Source: a virus. From it: DNA of 64,000 nt. Below the pieces are notes generated by a model. The model saw nothing but the letters and a program-made list of their open reading frames with translations, did no database searches and was not told the origin of the DNA. The stretch's first letter is position 1. Each line of letters begins with the position of its first letter. Location of the stretch: the IMG/VR virus record IMGVR_UViG_2547132402_000007, positions 16,805-80,804 of that record; one strand, given 5' to 3'. The position numbers and the translations under genes were made by a program. Of this stretch, positions 1 through 8,002 are shown in pieces.

Positions 1-105
1 AGTAACCAAGAAGCGTTGCAGCTGGAGGCTATCAATAAGTGGAATGGCGCTCTGCCTCAGCATATGACGAGTGGCACCACGGCTCCCTTCATCAAGGTGA
101 ATTAA
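1..105 (+). CDS. 3' end of a gene truncated by the window edge, probable SPFH/band-7 (prohibitin-like) phage protein
   Basis: Frame 1 is open to TAA at 103-105 and reads SNQEALQLEAINKWNGALPQHMTSGTTAPFIKVN. The KWNGxLPxxM...PFI tail is typical of phage SPFH proteins. Confidence 0.5.
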   Translation, partial: SNQEALQLEAINKWNGALPQHMTSGTTAPFIKVN

Positions 106-120
106 CGCTCCTCTTACGAC

Positions 121-146
121 AAAGGGCCATCAGCTGGTGGCCCTTT
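121..146. terminator. Bidirectional rho-independent terminator
   Basis: AAAGGGCCATCA-GC-TGGTGGCCCTTT hairpin between convergent genes. Confidence 0.7.
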
Positions 147-163
147 GTCTACTTAAAATCCTG

Positions 164-334
164 CTATTTCCCTTTAGAGGGGCCATTCCCCCTCCCCCCA
201 CCAGACGGACTCCCCGTTGTGCTCGGCCAGTTACCGCCGGGGCCAGGATGGCTAGATGGGCCTCGGCCACCAGATGAACCACGCGGTGCAGACCCCCCTG
301 AACCACTACGGGAACCAGAACTACCTTTGCTCAT
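164..334 (-). CDS. Small Gly/Ser/Pro-rich protein (56 aa)
   Basis: GGAGG sits 4 nt before the ATG at 334. Product MSKGSSGSRSGSGG...GPGGNWPSTTGSPSGGGRGNGPSKGK. The longer 164..454 start has no RBS. Confidence 0.5.
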   Translation of the reverse strand: MSKGSSGSRSGSGGSAPRGSSGGRGPSSHPGPGGNWPSTTGSPSGGGRGNGPSKGK

Positions 335-476
335 AGACCCTCCGCTATACAGGATGACACACATCCTCACAGTATAGCCGCTCCCAATATTGTCGTAGGG
401 TTGTAAGCAATCCATGATACGCCTCTCATCGCCTCTGGTCGGTTTTGACTGCATCGCTTTATTGTGCTTTTATCAC

Positions 477-492
477 ATGACAATTTTGTCAT
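477..492. promoter_or_regulatory. Palindromic operator ATGACA-N4-TGTCAT upstream of parF
   Basis: ATGACAATTTTGTCAT; copies of TGACA-N4-TGTCA also occur at 1129-1144, 1403-1440 and 59910-59931. Confidence 0.65.
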
Positions 493-508
493 TTGAGAGT
501 CCCTTAAA

Positions 509-1132
509 ATGAAAGTTTTGTCATTCCTTAACCCTAAAGGCGGGACAGGGAAAACTACCGCCGTGATTAACATCGCAACGTGCCTGGCTCGCTCCGGCAA
601 TCGGGTGGCTGTTGTCGATACCGACCCCCAGATGAGCCTGACAAACTGGAGCAAAGCGGGGAAGGCAAACTTTGAGGTATTCACCGCAGACTCTGAGAAG
701 GACGTGTACCTAGTCCGCAAAGAGCTGACGGATTATGACTATGTGATCATCGATGGCGCAGGCTCGCTATCTGTAATCACTTCCGCCGCAGTGATGGTCA
801 GCGACCTAGTGATCATCCCGGTATCACCATCCCCGCTCGACTTCAGCGCATCCGGCAGCGTAGTCAACGTATTGGAGGCCCAAGCATACAGTCGGCCTGT
901 CGCTGCCTCATTCCTGATCACTCGTAAAGTGAACAATGCAACCATGCTGGATCTGCTCAAAGCCAGCCTGGCTGATACCAATATCCCTTACTTCAAAACG
1001 GCCCTGGGCAACCGGCAAACCTACGTGAAAACGTTAGTGAATGGGGATACCGTATTCGACTCCAAGGACGGAGCAGCTAAAGGCGAGGTAGAGGTACTAT
1101 CGCTAGAAATTCTTGCCCTTTTGAACAAATGA
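509..1132 (+). CDS. parA: ParA-family partition ATPase, short type Ib (ParF-like)
   Basis: Deviant Walker A KGGTGKTT, DTDPQ, VIIDG Walker B; 207 aa with no N-terminal HTH. Confidence 0.95.
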   Translation: MKVLSFLNPKGGTGKTTAVINIATCLARSGNRVAVVDTDPQMSLTNWSKAGKANFEVFTADSEKDVYLVRKELTDYDYVIIDGAGSLSVITSAAVMVSDLVIIPVSPSPLDFSASGSVVNVLEAQAYSRPVAASFLITRKVNNATMLDLLKASLADTNIPYFKTALGNRQTYVKTLVNGDTVFDSKDGAAKGEVEVLSLEILALLNK

Positions 1133-1144
1133 CAAAATTGTCAT
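1129..1144. promoter_or_regulatory. Second TGACA-N4-TGTCA palindrome overlapping the parF stop codon
   Basis: ATGACAAAATTGTCAT, followed by TTTGAGT repeats (GAGT is the reverse complement of ACTC). Confidence 0.6.
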
Positions 1145-1186
1145 AACATCATTTGAGTGTTTGAGTAAAACAGCAGGAATCCAGAT

Positions 1187-1405
1187 ATGGCCTTAAACAA
1201 GATGACATTCGGCACTCACAGCCAGCTCGATGAAGTGTTGAAAAATACCAAGCAGGAAGCGAAAGAGAGGAAGGTAAAGCGCGTGCAGGTAGAGCTGGAC
1301 GAACAGCTCCATGCTGACTTCAAAGTGGCCTGCATCAAGAACAACACCAATTTCTCAGCCGTCGTAACCGGGCTGATTAAGCAGTGGATGAAAAAGCACG
1401 CCTGA
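1187..1405 (+). CDS. parG: ParG-like ribbon-helix-helix centromere-binding protein
   Basis: 72 aa directly after parF; C-terminal RVQVELDEQLHADFKVACIKNNTNFSAVVTGLIKQW fits the RHH pattern of ParG. Confidence 0.85.
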   Translation: MALNKMTFGTHSQLDEVLKNTKQEAKERKVKRVQVELDEQLHADFKVACIKNNTNFSAVVTGLIKQWMKKHA

Positions 1406-1440
1406 CAATTCACTCATTTTGTCATTTGACAATTAGTCAT
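1403..1440. repeat. Cluster of TGACAA/TTGTCA half-sites, candidate centromere
   Basis: TGACAATTCACTCATTTTGTCATTTGACAATTAGTCAT immediately after parG. Confidence 0.55.
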
Positions 1441-1443
1441 TCC

Positions 1444-1467
1444 GAAAGCCACCACTAGGTGGCTTTC
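1444..1467 (+). terminator. Rho-independent terminator of parFG
   Basis: GAAAGCCACC-ACTA-GGTGGCTTTC hairpin. Confidence 0.7.
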
Positions 1468-1593
1468 TTCGTCTCATCTAGACTCCATACCTATTGCCTT
1501 TCCACGATGGAGGATTCCATACTGTATGAGGTCACTACTAATAGACAAAGGCACTTCATGGAGTCCAGTAAGGCGACAGTATTCAGCGAGAAA

Positions 1594-2208
1594 ATGAAGC
1601 GATTTCTCATGAGTAAGGTGATGATTATCACCTATGGCATATTTTTTTTATTGGTTATCCCCGGCGTAGCTCTCTTTACCAACGGTGCGACCATAAACAT
1701 GGAAAACCTAGATAGGTTAGGCAGCTACTTATCAGGTATCGGCACTGTCGTGGCCGCCGTAGCTGCCGTATACGGGATTAATGGGTGGGTAAAGCAACTA
1801 ACACATGGGAAATACTTAGATATTATCTGGGAAGCAAAAATAAACCTACGCAAGGTTTATTTATCTAAAAATTCTTGGTATGGCTACGCAAAAATAGCAG
1901 CGACAAAATGCAACTCTAAGCTAGACAATGAGGCGAATGAATATTGGGACAAGCTGGATAGCGCTTGTAAAAGCCTATCCACTAGTTTCAGCTCCATAGA
2001 TCAAATAATAGTACGCGATGATTTCAAATGGCAAAATCAAGCCACTGATCTCCATAGACTTCTCAAGGATACAAATAACTTACTGAAAGAGCTCATAACA
2101 AGCGATGAATCTGAACAGAAACTCCATGAAAAAAACAAACTTTTCCATTGCTATTACAATTCTCTTCTAAATCAATTGGATGAGCTTGAAAAAAAACATT
2201 CAAAGTAG
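1594..2208 (+). CDS. AT-rich accessory membrane protein with two N-terminal TM helices and a helical C-terminus
   Basis: Long ORF with hydrophobic IITYGIFFLLVIPGVALF and YLSGIGTVVAAVAAVYGI segments. Start is uncertain (1459, 1594 or 1609). Confidence 0.7.
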   Translation: MKRFLMSKVMIITYGIFFLLVIPGVALFTNGATINMENLDRLGSYLSGIGTVVAAVAAVYGINGWVKQLTHGKYLDIIWEAKINLRKVYLSKNSWYGYAKIAATKCNSKLDNEANEYWDKLDSACKSLSTSFSSIDQIIVRDDFKWQNQATDLHRLLKDTNNLLKELITSDESEQKLHEKNKLFHCYYNSLLNQLDELEKKHSK

Positions 2209-2229
2209 AGCCACCCGAAGGTGGCCCTA
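2208..2229. terminator. Bidirectional terminator
   Basis: GAGCCACC-CGAA-GGTGGCCC hairpin between convergent ORFs. Confidence 0.65.
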
Positions 2230-2234
2230 CACCA

Positions 2235-2351
2235 CTATTTTTGGATGATGGTTGTATTGATGCTAATGCTATTGCCGCTAATGCTCCAACCTCCAGCTAA
2301 AACAGTACCAACCACTAGCGCCAACGCAAAAACTGCCTGAATTACTCGCAT
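2235..2351 (-). CDS. 38-aa hydrophobic peptide, candidate type I toxin
   Basis: Not in the ORF track. ATG at 2351 with GAGG SD; product MRVIQAVFALALVVGTVLAGGWSISGNSISINTTIIQK. The SD lies inside a hairpin (2353-2373). Confidence 0.65.
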   Translation of the reverse strand: MRVIQAVFALALVVGTVLAGGWSISGNSISINTTIIQK

Positions 2352-2675
2352 ACGCACACCTCATTAGGCTGCGGCATAGTGATTTGATACGCATGAATAT
2401 CAAATCAAAAACACAAAAGCTCTTTCCCATGCCTATTAACGATACGCACCCCTGGACATGCCATTCATTTCCACATGAATGGGGGTTCGGCCTAAAACAC
2501 ATGGTATATACTACATATCAGAACCTGTGGCGCAAAGTTAAATTCATTGATTTGATATAAAAAGCGTATCACTTTCACATCCGCATATAAGCAAACAGAT
2601 GCTTAATAATTAAATCGATTTAACTCTTATTAAGGCTTAACATTCTTAACGATTGAAGTCATGTAGAATTCTCGC

Positions 2676-2796
2676 TCCGAACGTGTTAAGTTGACTTAAC
2701 ACAAAAGCTCTTTCCCATTCTTATGAGAAAGACATTGGAGAGTAGCTTTCCACCTGCTCTCCAATAAAGAAGGCCACCAATCGGTGGCCTTCTTTG
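2676..2796 (+). ncRNA. Candidate structured sRNA (antitoxin), about 120 nt
   Basis: Hairpins at 2683-2702, 2718-2729 and 2733-2765, terminator at 2766-2796, TAGAAT -10 at 2664-2669. Positions 2698-2718 are identical to 2410-2430 and therefore antisense to the peptide mRNA leader. Confidence 0.6.
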
Positions 2797-2819
2797 CATC
2801 CGTCGCTGGTGGGCTACTA

Positions 2820-3296
2820 TCAGCGCCCTATCGCAGCGATATCAGCCTTCAGTCGGGGCGCCCACGTCAGCGCTACCCGAGCAGTTACCGGACTGATTAG
2901 CTTACGCTTCACAGCGTCATCCAGAACCGCTTTGCCGCCCGGCTTTGTTGTGAGGATCAGCAGAGGGGAAAACATCTCAAACACGCCATCTTTTTCTGCC
3001 TGGTGCAACGTGTACGGGTCAGCCATCATTTCGATGAACGTGTACTCATAGTTAACGCCATGCTTCTCACAGTGCTCCTTCTCCATCATCGCCAACTTCA
3101 ACATGCAATCAGCAGGATCACCATGGCAGGTGTCCAGAACCTTGTTCACCGTCTCCTGGTCCACACCATACGCGATCGTCTTCACCTTCTCCTGGTCGTT
3201 GAAGTTCAGTGGCGGTAAAACCCGTGCATTGGAGTACATTGAATAGGCCACCAGCAGGACAAACAGCACAGCTGCAATCTTCAGTAGCTTTTTCAT
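2820..3296 (-). CDS. Exported or membrane-anchored hypothetical protein
   Basis: N-terminal MKKLLKIAAVLFVLLVAYSMYS signal/anchor; ATGA overlap with the upstream gene. Confidence 0.7.
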   Translation of the reverse strand: MKKLLKIAAVLFVLLVAYSMYSNARVLPPLNFNDQEKVKTIAYGVDQETVNKVLDTCHGDPADCMLKLAMMEKEHCEKHGVNYEYTFIEMMADPYTLHQAEKDGVFEMFSPLLILTTKPGGKAVLDDAVKRKLISPVTARVALTWAPRLKADIAAIGR

Positions 3297-3634
3297 GCTG
3301 GCTCACCTGCAACCGGATGGAATTGTTCGCCGATCCATTCGCACTTATACGGGCGTGGGTAATCATCGTTGAAGTGAATGTGATTGAGGAGCTGACCATG
3401 ACCATCCTTCACTCGCATGAGACAGCGCTCATATAGATCCAGGACTGGCTCCATACGGAGATAGTCCATATCCCTAAATTTGCTGTAATCAGAAATCTTG
3501 AGGGTGATCGTGCCATCCAGAGATTGTGCCACCAGGCCAGAGATTGTGCCCAAAACAGCCCCTTCCAGATCGGCAGCCTTCAAGCCACGCACCTGTCTGG
3601 GTAAGTACAATGAATAATCGACGTTGTTGGTCAT
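3293..3634 (-). CDS. Hypothetical protein
   Basis: 113-aa ORF translationally coupled to 2820..3296. Confidence 0.65.
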   Translation of the reverse strand: MTNNVDYSLYLPRQVRGLKAADLEGAVLGTISGLVAQSLDGTITLKISDYSKFRDMDYLRMEPVLDLYERCLMRVKDGHGQLLNHIHFNDDYPRPYKCEWIGEQFHPVAGEPA

Positions 3635-3853
3635 TTATAAGCGCATCGCTAAGAAAATAGAACCCGCCTACCGTATTCGTGACAGGTTGTCACGACAAGA
3701 TAAATATCAATAAGTTGCATCAAATCTGACTCAGATCAACAAAAAAATACTAACGGAAAACGGATTTTGTTTAAATATGGTTTCACTACAGCGATAATCC
3801 CCTGCAATCGGCTGAGATAGAGCCATTTCATGACGACATGGAGCTAATGACTC

Positions 3854-4057
3854 ATGGCCCGTTTTACAGACAAACACCCAAAGATCACCACCCCGAACAT
3901 GTACCAGGCGATCACCCGTCTTGAGCAAGCAGGACTGACCTGTGCCGGTATAGCACTTCAGGACCGATCTGGCGCTGTCATCGCTGTCGTTAAGCCTACT
4001 GGCTCCATCGGCTGGTGCCACGAAAACAGTATGCAATTCGCCTGCGAGGGAGAGTAA
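3854..4057 (+). CDS. Hypothetical protein
   Basis: GGAG RBS; first gene of an operon with the PAAR gene. Confidence 0.6.
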   Translation: MARFTDKHPKITTPNMYQAITRLEQAGLTCAGIALQDRSGAVIAVVKPTGSIGWCHENSMQFACEGE

Positions 4058-4061
4058 CGCC

Positions 4062-4349
4062 ATGGCCTCTATCGCCACAGAAAACAGCGTCTGCTCAGGG
4101 CACGATGGCTTCCCTCCCCGCCCTGCGGTATCTGGCGTAAGTCAGTTCAAAGTCGCAGGAGTCCCCGTACTGGTGGATGGCAGCCCGTTTGCTATGCACG
4201 ACAAACCCAATAACCCGCCACATGGGGGCGTCGCCATTGGCTCTCGTACTCAATTCAAAGTGGCGGGGAAAAGTATCGCTCTGGTCGGCGATCCGGTGAG
4301 TTGTGGATCGGTAATCGCAACCGGGGACGGTAAATTCAACGTCAAGTAG
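4062..4349 (+). CDS. PAAR-domain spike tip protein (T4 gp5.4 / P1 UpfC-like)
   Basis: CSGHDGFPP, HDKPNNPPHGG and ALVGDPVSCGSVI motifs of Zn-binding PAAR proteins. Confidence 0.9.
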   Translation: MASIATENSVCSGHDGFPPRPAVSGVSQFKVAGVPVLVDGSPFAMHDKPNNPPHGGVAIGSRTQFKVAGKSIALVGDPVSCGSVIATGDGKFNVK

Positions 4350-4358
4350 GAGCATCTT

Positions 4359-4526
4359 TTGAACCACAATGCCCACCCATTCCGACTCTACGCCCCCACC
4401 AGTAAGAGCATTGACCCCATGAAAGCCATCCGCGATGCCCGCAGCGCACGCTTGCGAGGTCGCTCACCAGGCTCCGCCGCACCAGCGCCGGCCGCCACAC
4501 ATCAAAACCAACGGAGTAATGAATGA
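4359..4526 (+). CDS. Possible 55-aa basic peptide with TTG start
   Basis: GGAG RBS before TTG at 4359; frame open to TGA overlapping the next ATG (ATGA); fills the intergenic gap exactly. Confidence 0.35.
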   Translation: MNHNAHPFRLYAPTSKSIDPMKAIRDARSARLRGRSPGSAAPAPAATHQNQRSNE

Positions 4527-4891
4527 GCCTATTAGGAAAGCTATTCGGTGGATCTACCGCCACCGGCGTTATTGATTCCCTAGCCAATGCTGGCGATCGC
4601 CTGTTTACCAGCGATGAGGAACGGCTCCAGTGGCAAACTATGATGGAGAAAATTAAGACTCAGCCAATCGCTATGCGAGAAATGGTCAACGTGATCACCG
4701 CATCATCCACCAGTCCATTCGTAGCTGGCGGCCGCTCAGCCATCCAGTACGCTCTCGCTATCATCATCGGATACAACCTGTGTATCCGTGACATGCTGAT
4801 CTTGCTCCTCGATCGACATGGAGTATGCCAGCCGGCATTCGGGATGGAGCAGTTGCTCGGTATTCTGAAGATGTTCTTCGGTGGCATGTAA
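4523..4891 (+). CDS. Holin of the 3TM / GTA_holin_3TM (DUF3154) family
   Basis: DRLFTSDEER and SPFVAGGRSAIQY motifs followed by hydrophobic helices. Confidence 0.75.
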   Translation: MSLLGKLFGGSTATGVIDSLANAGDRLFTSDEERLQWQTMMEKIKTQPIAMREMVNVITASSTSPFVAGGRSAIQYALAIIIGYNLCIRDMLILLLDRHGVCQPAFGMEQLLGILKMFFGGM

Positions 4892-5670
4892 TGCTGGAAA
4901 AACCAGAACACCAGGCGGCGTATGCCGCCTTAAAAGCCGCAGGTGGGCTTGCAACGCCACGGGCGACACATACAGCGAGTAATGTGAGAAAAGCGGCTAG
5001 CGGCCTGCTAGCGACGTTTTCCAGCCTGGTTTGTAGCGATGTGAAATACCCGACCAATAAAATCGGTGACGAGATCGCTTATCTACGCACCGTGCCCGAT
5101 ATGCTTTCCGGCTTCGCGCCAGCCTGCGCTGGCCTACTTGATGTGATCACCGAAACGACGTCGCCTGATCACATGATCACGTTGAAGTTAGGATGGGAGA
5201 TTCACTGCAAGGCTGATCACCTACCGGCCGACACAATAATGCCAGCTATCACAGCTGTCACGGACGACAGCCGCACAGCGGCAGCGCTAGCAGCATTAGA
5301 GTCCATACACACGGACGCTATCAACGGAACGATGAAGCAGATTAACGCCGCACTGAGTATGACCATATCGTCTGGACAGACCAACGCCTCCGCGCCACAG
5401 CTTGTGCCTACACTGCCGGATCACCTCATCTTAGCGCTGCGATCGGAAGTCGCTACGCTGAAACCGCTGATTAGCGCCGCTGCTGCCACCAGGCAGCCAA
5501 TTGACGACCTGCGCGCTGCCGGCCACACCTCACTATCCACCAGCAAGATTGCTTTTCAGAATGCGATTAACGTTACTATCTTGGCGAATGTCAGTGCTGG
5601 CGGCGCCATGCGCGAAGCCGCCCTGGCTGTTATGCCTGAAAACGTCAGAAGTGCTATAATCCCCGATTAA
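4891..5670 (+). CDS. Probable baseplate-associated protein resembling P1 UpfB
   Basis: ATG overlaps the holin TAA (TAATG). HQAAYAALKAAGGLATP and LKLGWEIHCKAD resemble my recollection of P1 UpfB; adjacent to the PAAR gene as in P1. Confidence 0.6.
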   Translation: MLEKPEHQAAYAALKAAGGLATPRATHTASNVRKAASGLLATFSSLVCSDVKYPTNKIGDEIAYLRTVPDMLSGFAPACAGLLDVITETTSPDHMITLKLGWEIHCKADHLPADTIMPAITAVTDDSRTAAALAALESIHTDAINGTMKQINAALSMTISSGQTNASAPQLVPTLPDHLILALRSEVATLKPLISAAAATRQPIDDLRAAGHTSLSTSKIAFQNAINVTILANVSAGGAMREAALAVMPENVRSAIIPD

Positions 5671-5853
5671 AAATAAATTTATTTTGCAATCATTATAAAG
5701 CGACTCCAATAAGTATGAGGGTCGCTTTTACGCAATCAAATCCTTTTCCACATATTGCAAAATGCCTTCTTACAACGTAAGAATATTAACCGACTCGATT
5801 GAATCATGGTTCACACCATGATGTTTGTTAACAACAAAGGAAAGTTGGTTACT

Positions 5854-6273
5854 ATGATAAAGAAAATAATTATCACATTAGTTTCATTTGGCGTAACTGG
5901 CTGTGCAGGAATGAAAGTACCTGATTACTCTGAAGTCAAGTCCAGCCCTCACTACGAAGAATGTCGAAAATTTGCCGCAGAGGTTTATAAAAACAATGGC
6001 TATAGCAAACTAGCCAACACAGTAATACTTAATATGGATGATGGAAAGGCTCAAGCCATTGTGTCAGGTTGCGTAGTGACAATGAGTAAGCCGAGCATAG
6101 ATGAAGCCAAAATCGATCTAAATCAAAAATCCATTTCCTATGGGATGCTCAGTGGAGCCTGTTACAACACATCATGTAAAATAGATGTAAAACAACAACT
6201 AAAAGCCTACACACTGGGAAGTTACTATGCATCAACAAAAAAATTCCCAGATCAAATGAAGGCTGAATTTTAA
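5854..6273 (+). CDS. Lipoprotein
   Basis: MIKKIIITLVSFGVTG-C lipobox with AAGGA RBS. Confidence 0.8.
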   Translation: MIKKIIITLVSFGVTGCAGMKVPDYSEVKSSPHYEECRKFAAEVYKNNGYSKLANTVILNMDDGKAQAIVSGCVVTMSKPSIDEAKIDLNQKSISYGMLSGACYNTSCKIDVKQQLKAYTLGSYYASTKKFPDQMKAEF

Positions 6274-6279
6274 GGAAGG

Positions 6280-6582
6280 ATGATGACGCGTACTTTTAAG
6301 CTAATTTCATTAACAATTTTATCATTACTACTTTATGGGTGTGCATTTCCAGATAAGGATGGTGACTTTGGCGCATATGTGCACAATTGTCAGCAATACG
6401 CATATGGGAAATCTTATCCTTTCAAAAATAGAGACTTTGCATATAACATCTGCAAAAACGCTGCGAAACTATGGGGTGATGAAGTTCCAGCTTATGTAAT
6501 AAGACAAATCCAACTTCATCCAGATATTCCAGCCGATGAGATCAAGTATGCAGCGATGGCTGGATCATTAGGGAATAACTAG
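6280..6582 (+). CDS. Lipoprotein
   Basis: MTRTFKLISLTILSLLLYG-C lipobox with AAGGA RBS. Confidence 0.8.
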   Translation: MMTRTFKLISLTILSLLLYGCAFPDKDGDFGAYVHNCQQYAYGKSYPFKNRDFAYNICKNAAKLWGDEVPAYVIRQIQLHPDIPADEIKYAAMAGSLGNN

Positions 6583-6597
6583 CTGTCTATCTGAACC

Positions 6598-6628
6598 ATG
6601 CTCTCACCTTTGATGGTGAGAGCATTTT
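6598..6628 (+). terminator. Rho-independent terminator
   Basis: ATGCTCTCACC-TTTGAT-GGTGAGAGCAT followed by Ts. Confidence 0.8.
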
Positions 6629-6865
6629 ACAAATGAAGCATTAATGTGACGAACCATAGGCCAGTGCCTAACTCCTGATCAGTAAAGGTCTAATGATTTA
6701 GTTTTAATCAATCCAGTGACGGGATCCCATCGTGTGAGACATGAATAAAACCCAACTTAATTCATTGAAAGTTAGATTCTTACCACAAAATACTAACGCA
6801 GAATACCTTGATCCTGTGGACCTATTCGGGGTAGGATCAGGCCGTTTTCGGTTTTTCCGAAAGCA

Positions 6866-6975
6866 GAAAAAGAAAAACCCCCAAGATAAGAGAGTAACTT
6901 TGGCGAGGAACTCTTAATCACTGGGGGCTAGTATCAGCATCGCGTAACCGCGAGGGCTTCGCGTTGCTTAAAACT
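6866..6975 (-). ncRNA. Inc/CopA-like antisense RNA for replication control
   Basis: Target hairpin CCCCC(6878)...CT-TTGGCG-AG...GGGGG(6927) with the AACTTTGGCG loop seen in IncFII CopT and IncI Inc targets. Minus-strand promoter TTGATA(7010-7005)-17-TATGAT(6987-6982); the antisense ends in hairpin plus U-run. Confidence 0.8.
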
Positions 6976-6992
6976 GTAGAGATCATAACGTC

Positions 6993-7046
6993 ATGCGTAT
7001 CAAATATCAACATCCAGCCGCGCCAATAAGCGACGGCGGTCGGTGA
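6993..7046 (+). CDS. 17-aa leader peptide (RepY/Tap analogue)
   Basis: MRIKYQHPAAPISDGGR; its TGA overlaps the GTG start of the next gene (GTGA) and it contains CGCCAATAAGCGAC. Confidence 0.7.
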   Translation: MRIKYQHPAAPISDGGR

Positions 7047-7633
7047 CACTAAAGCACAGCAACCAACTACAAGCCTGCTGCCGGTTCCTTCCCTGTATCG
7101 ACTCAGTGCGCAACACAGCTGAAACTCTGGCCTCATATGCCAAGAAGACACATATCGGCTGGGTATGCTTTCCTAAAATCGCCACTCTGGCTAACCTGGC
7201 GGGCGTATCTCTGCGCACAGCGAAGTACCATCTGCAAAAGCTGGTGAAATTAGGCGTTATCACGATCAGCCACCGGCATTATATCTGCAAAAAAACCGGG
7301 CGCCGCCGACAGGCCGCCAGCCTATACACCTTCTGTACCGGTCGGATCATGCAGTTCGCCCACCAGCTGAAAACGCGGAGCAAAGCTAAGCAGGTCAAGG
7401 GGCCCAATAACATTGCACTCTCAAATTGCCCACCAAGATCAGTTTCTTTCAGAAACAAACAGAACACAGGCTCTTTTTGTTCGAAAAATAAAAACCAAAC
7501 AGCGTTCCAGCATGATCGATACGCTGAGGCCAACCGAATTGCCGAGGAAAATTACCGAGAACGACAAGCTATTCAGTGCGACGCCTCTAAGCATCTGCAA
7601 AAAATCCGGGATCTGTTCAAAATCAGGGCTTAG
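7043..7633 (+). CDS. Winged-helix replication initiator-like protein (RepL / HTH_36-like)
   Basis: CFPKIATLANLAGVSLRTAKYHLQKLVKLGVI wHTH, RRQAASLYTF motif, basic linker and internal A/T-rich tract; preceded by the inc-type control region. Confidence 0.7.
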   Translation: MTLKHSNQLQACCRFLPCIDSVRNTAETLASYAKKTHIGWVCFPKIATLANLAGVSLRTAKYHLQKLVKLGVITISHRHYICKKTGRRRQAASLYTFCTGRIMQFAHQLKTRSKAKQVKGPNNIALSNCPPRSVSFRNKQNTGSFCSKNKNQTAFQHDRYAEANRIAEENYRERQAIQCDASKHLQKIRDLFKIRA

Positions 7634-7644
7634 CAGTAGATGAT

Positions 7645-7667
7645 GTGTACGGAAAAAATCCGTACAC
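7645..7667. promoter_or_regulatory. Operator palindrome of the GNAT TA operon
   Basis: GTGTACGGA-AAAAA-TCCGTACAC. Confidence 0.65.
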
Positions 7668-7732
7668 TTGAGGTGGTGGGTTGTTTTATGTACAATGAGT
7701 ACAGGTAAGTTTTATCTTGTGGGAGAAGTACC

Positions 7733-8002
7733 ATGGCTACAGCACGCTTAGACCTGCGATTAGACCCAGAAATCAAAGCGAAAGCAGAGAAAGCATCGGC
7801 TCTGCTCGGATTGAAAACTCTAACGGAATATATCGTTCACATTGTTGATAATGACGCAAAGAGAGTAATTGCTGCGCATGAAAGCATTGCTCTACCAAAC
7901 GACATTTTTGACCAATTTATGAATGCTTGTGAGCAGGCAAAAGAGCCGAATTCGGCCCTGAAATCAGCCCTATCATTTACCCGTGAAAAGGGCATTAAAT
8001 GA
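7733..8002 (+). CDS. DUF1778 (TacA/AtaR-type) RHH antitoxin
   Basis: RLDLRLDPEIKAKAEKASAL...LTEYIV...IALPNDIFDQFMNAC...PNSALKSA pattern. Confidence 0.9.
   Translation: MATARLDLRLDPEIKAKAEKASALLGLKTLTEYIVHIVDNDAKRVIAAHESIALPNDIFDQFMNACEQAKEPNSALKSALSFTREKGIK

Noticed and set aside
2278-2502. 74-aa ORF as the real gene of this region
   Set aside because: No RBS at its first codon; the 38-aa frame has an SD and a TM helix. Kept only as a possible leader frame from the ATG at 2430.
3731-4376. Minus-strand ORFs 3731..4078 and 4095..4376
   Set aside because: Overlap better supported plus-strand genes with RBS and PAAR motifs.
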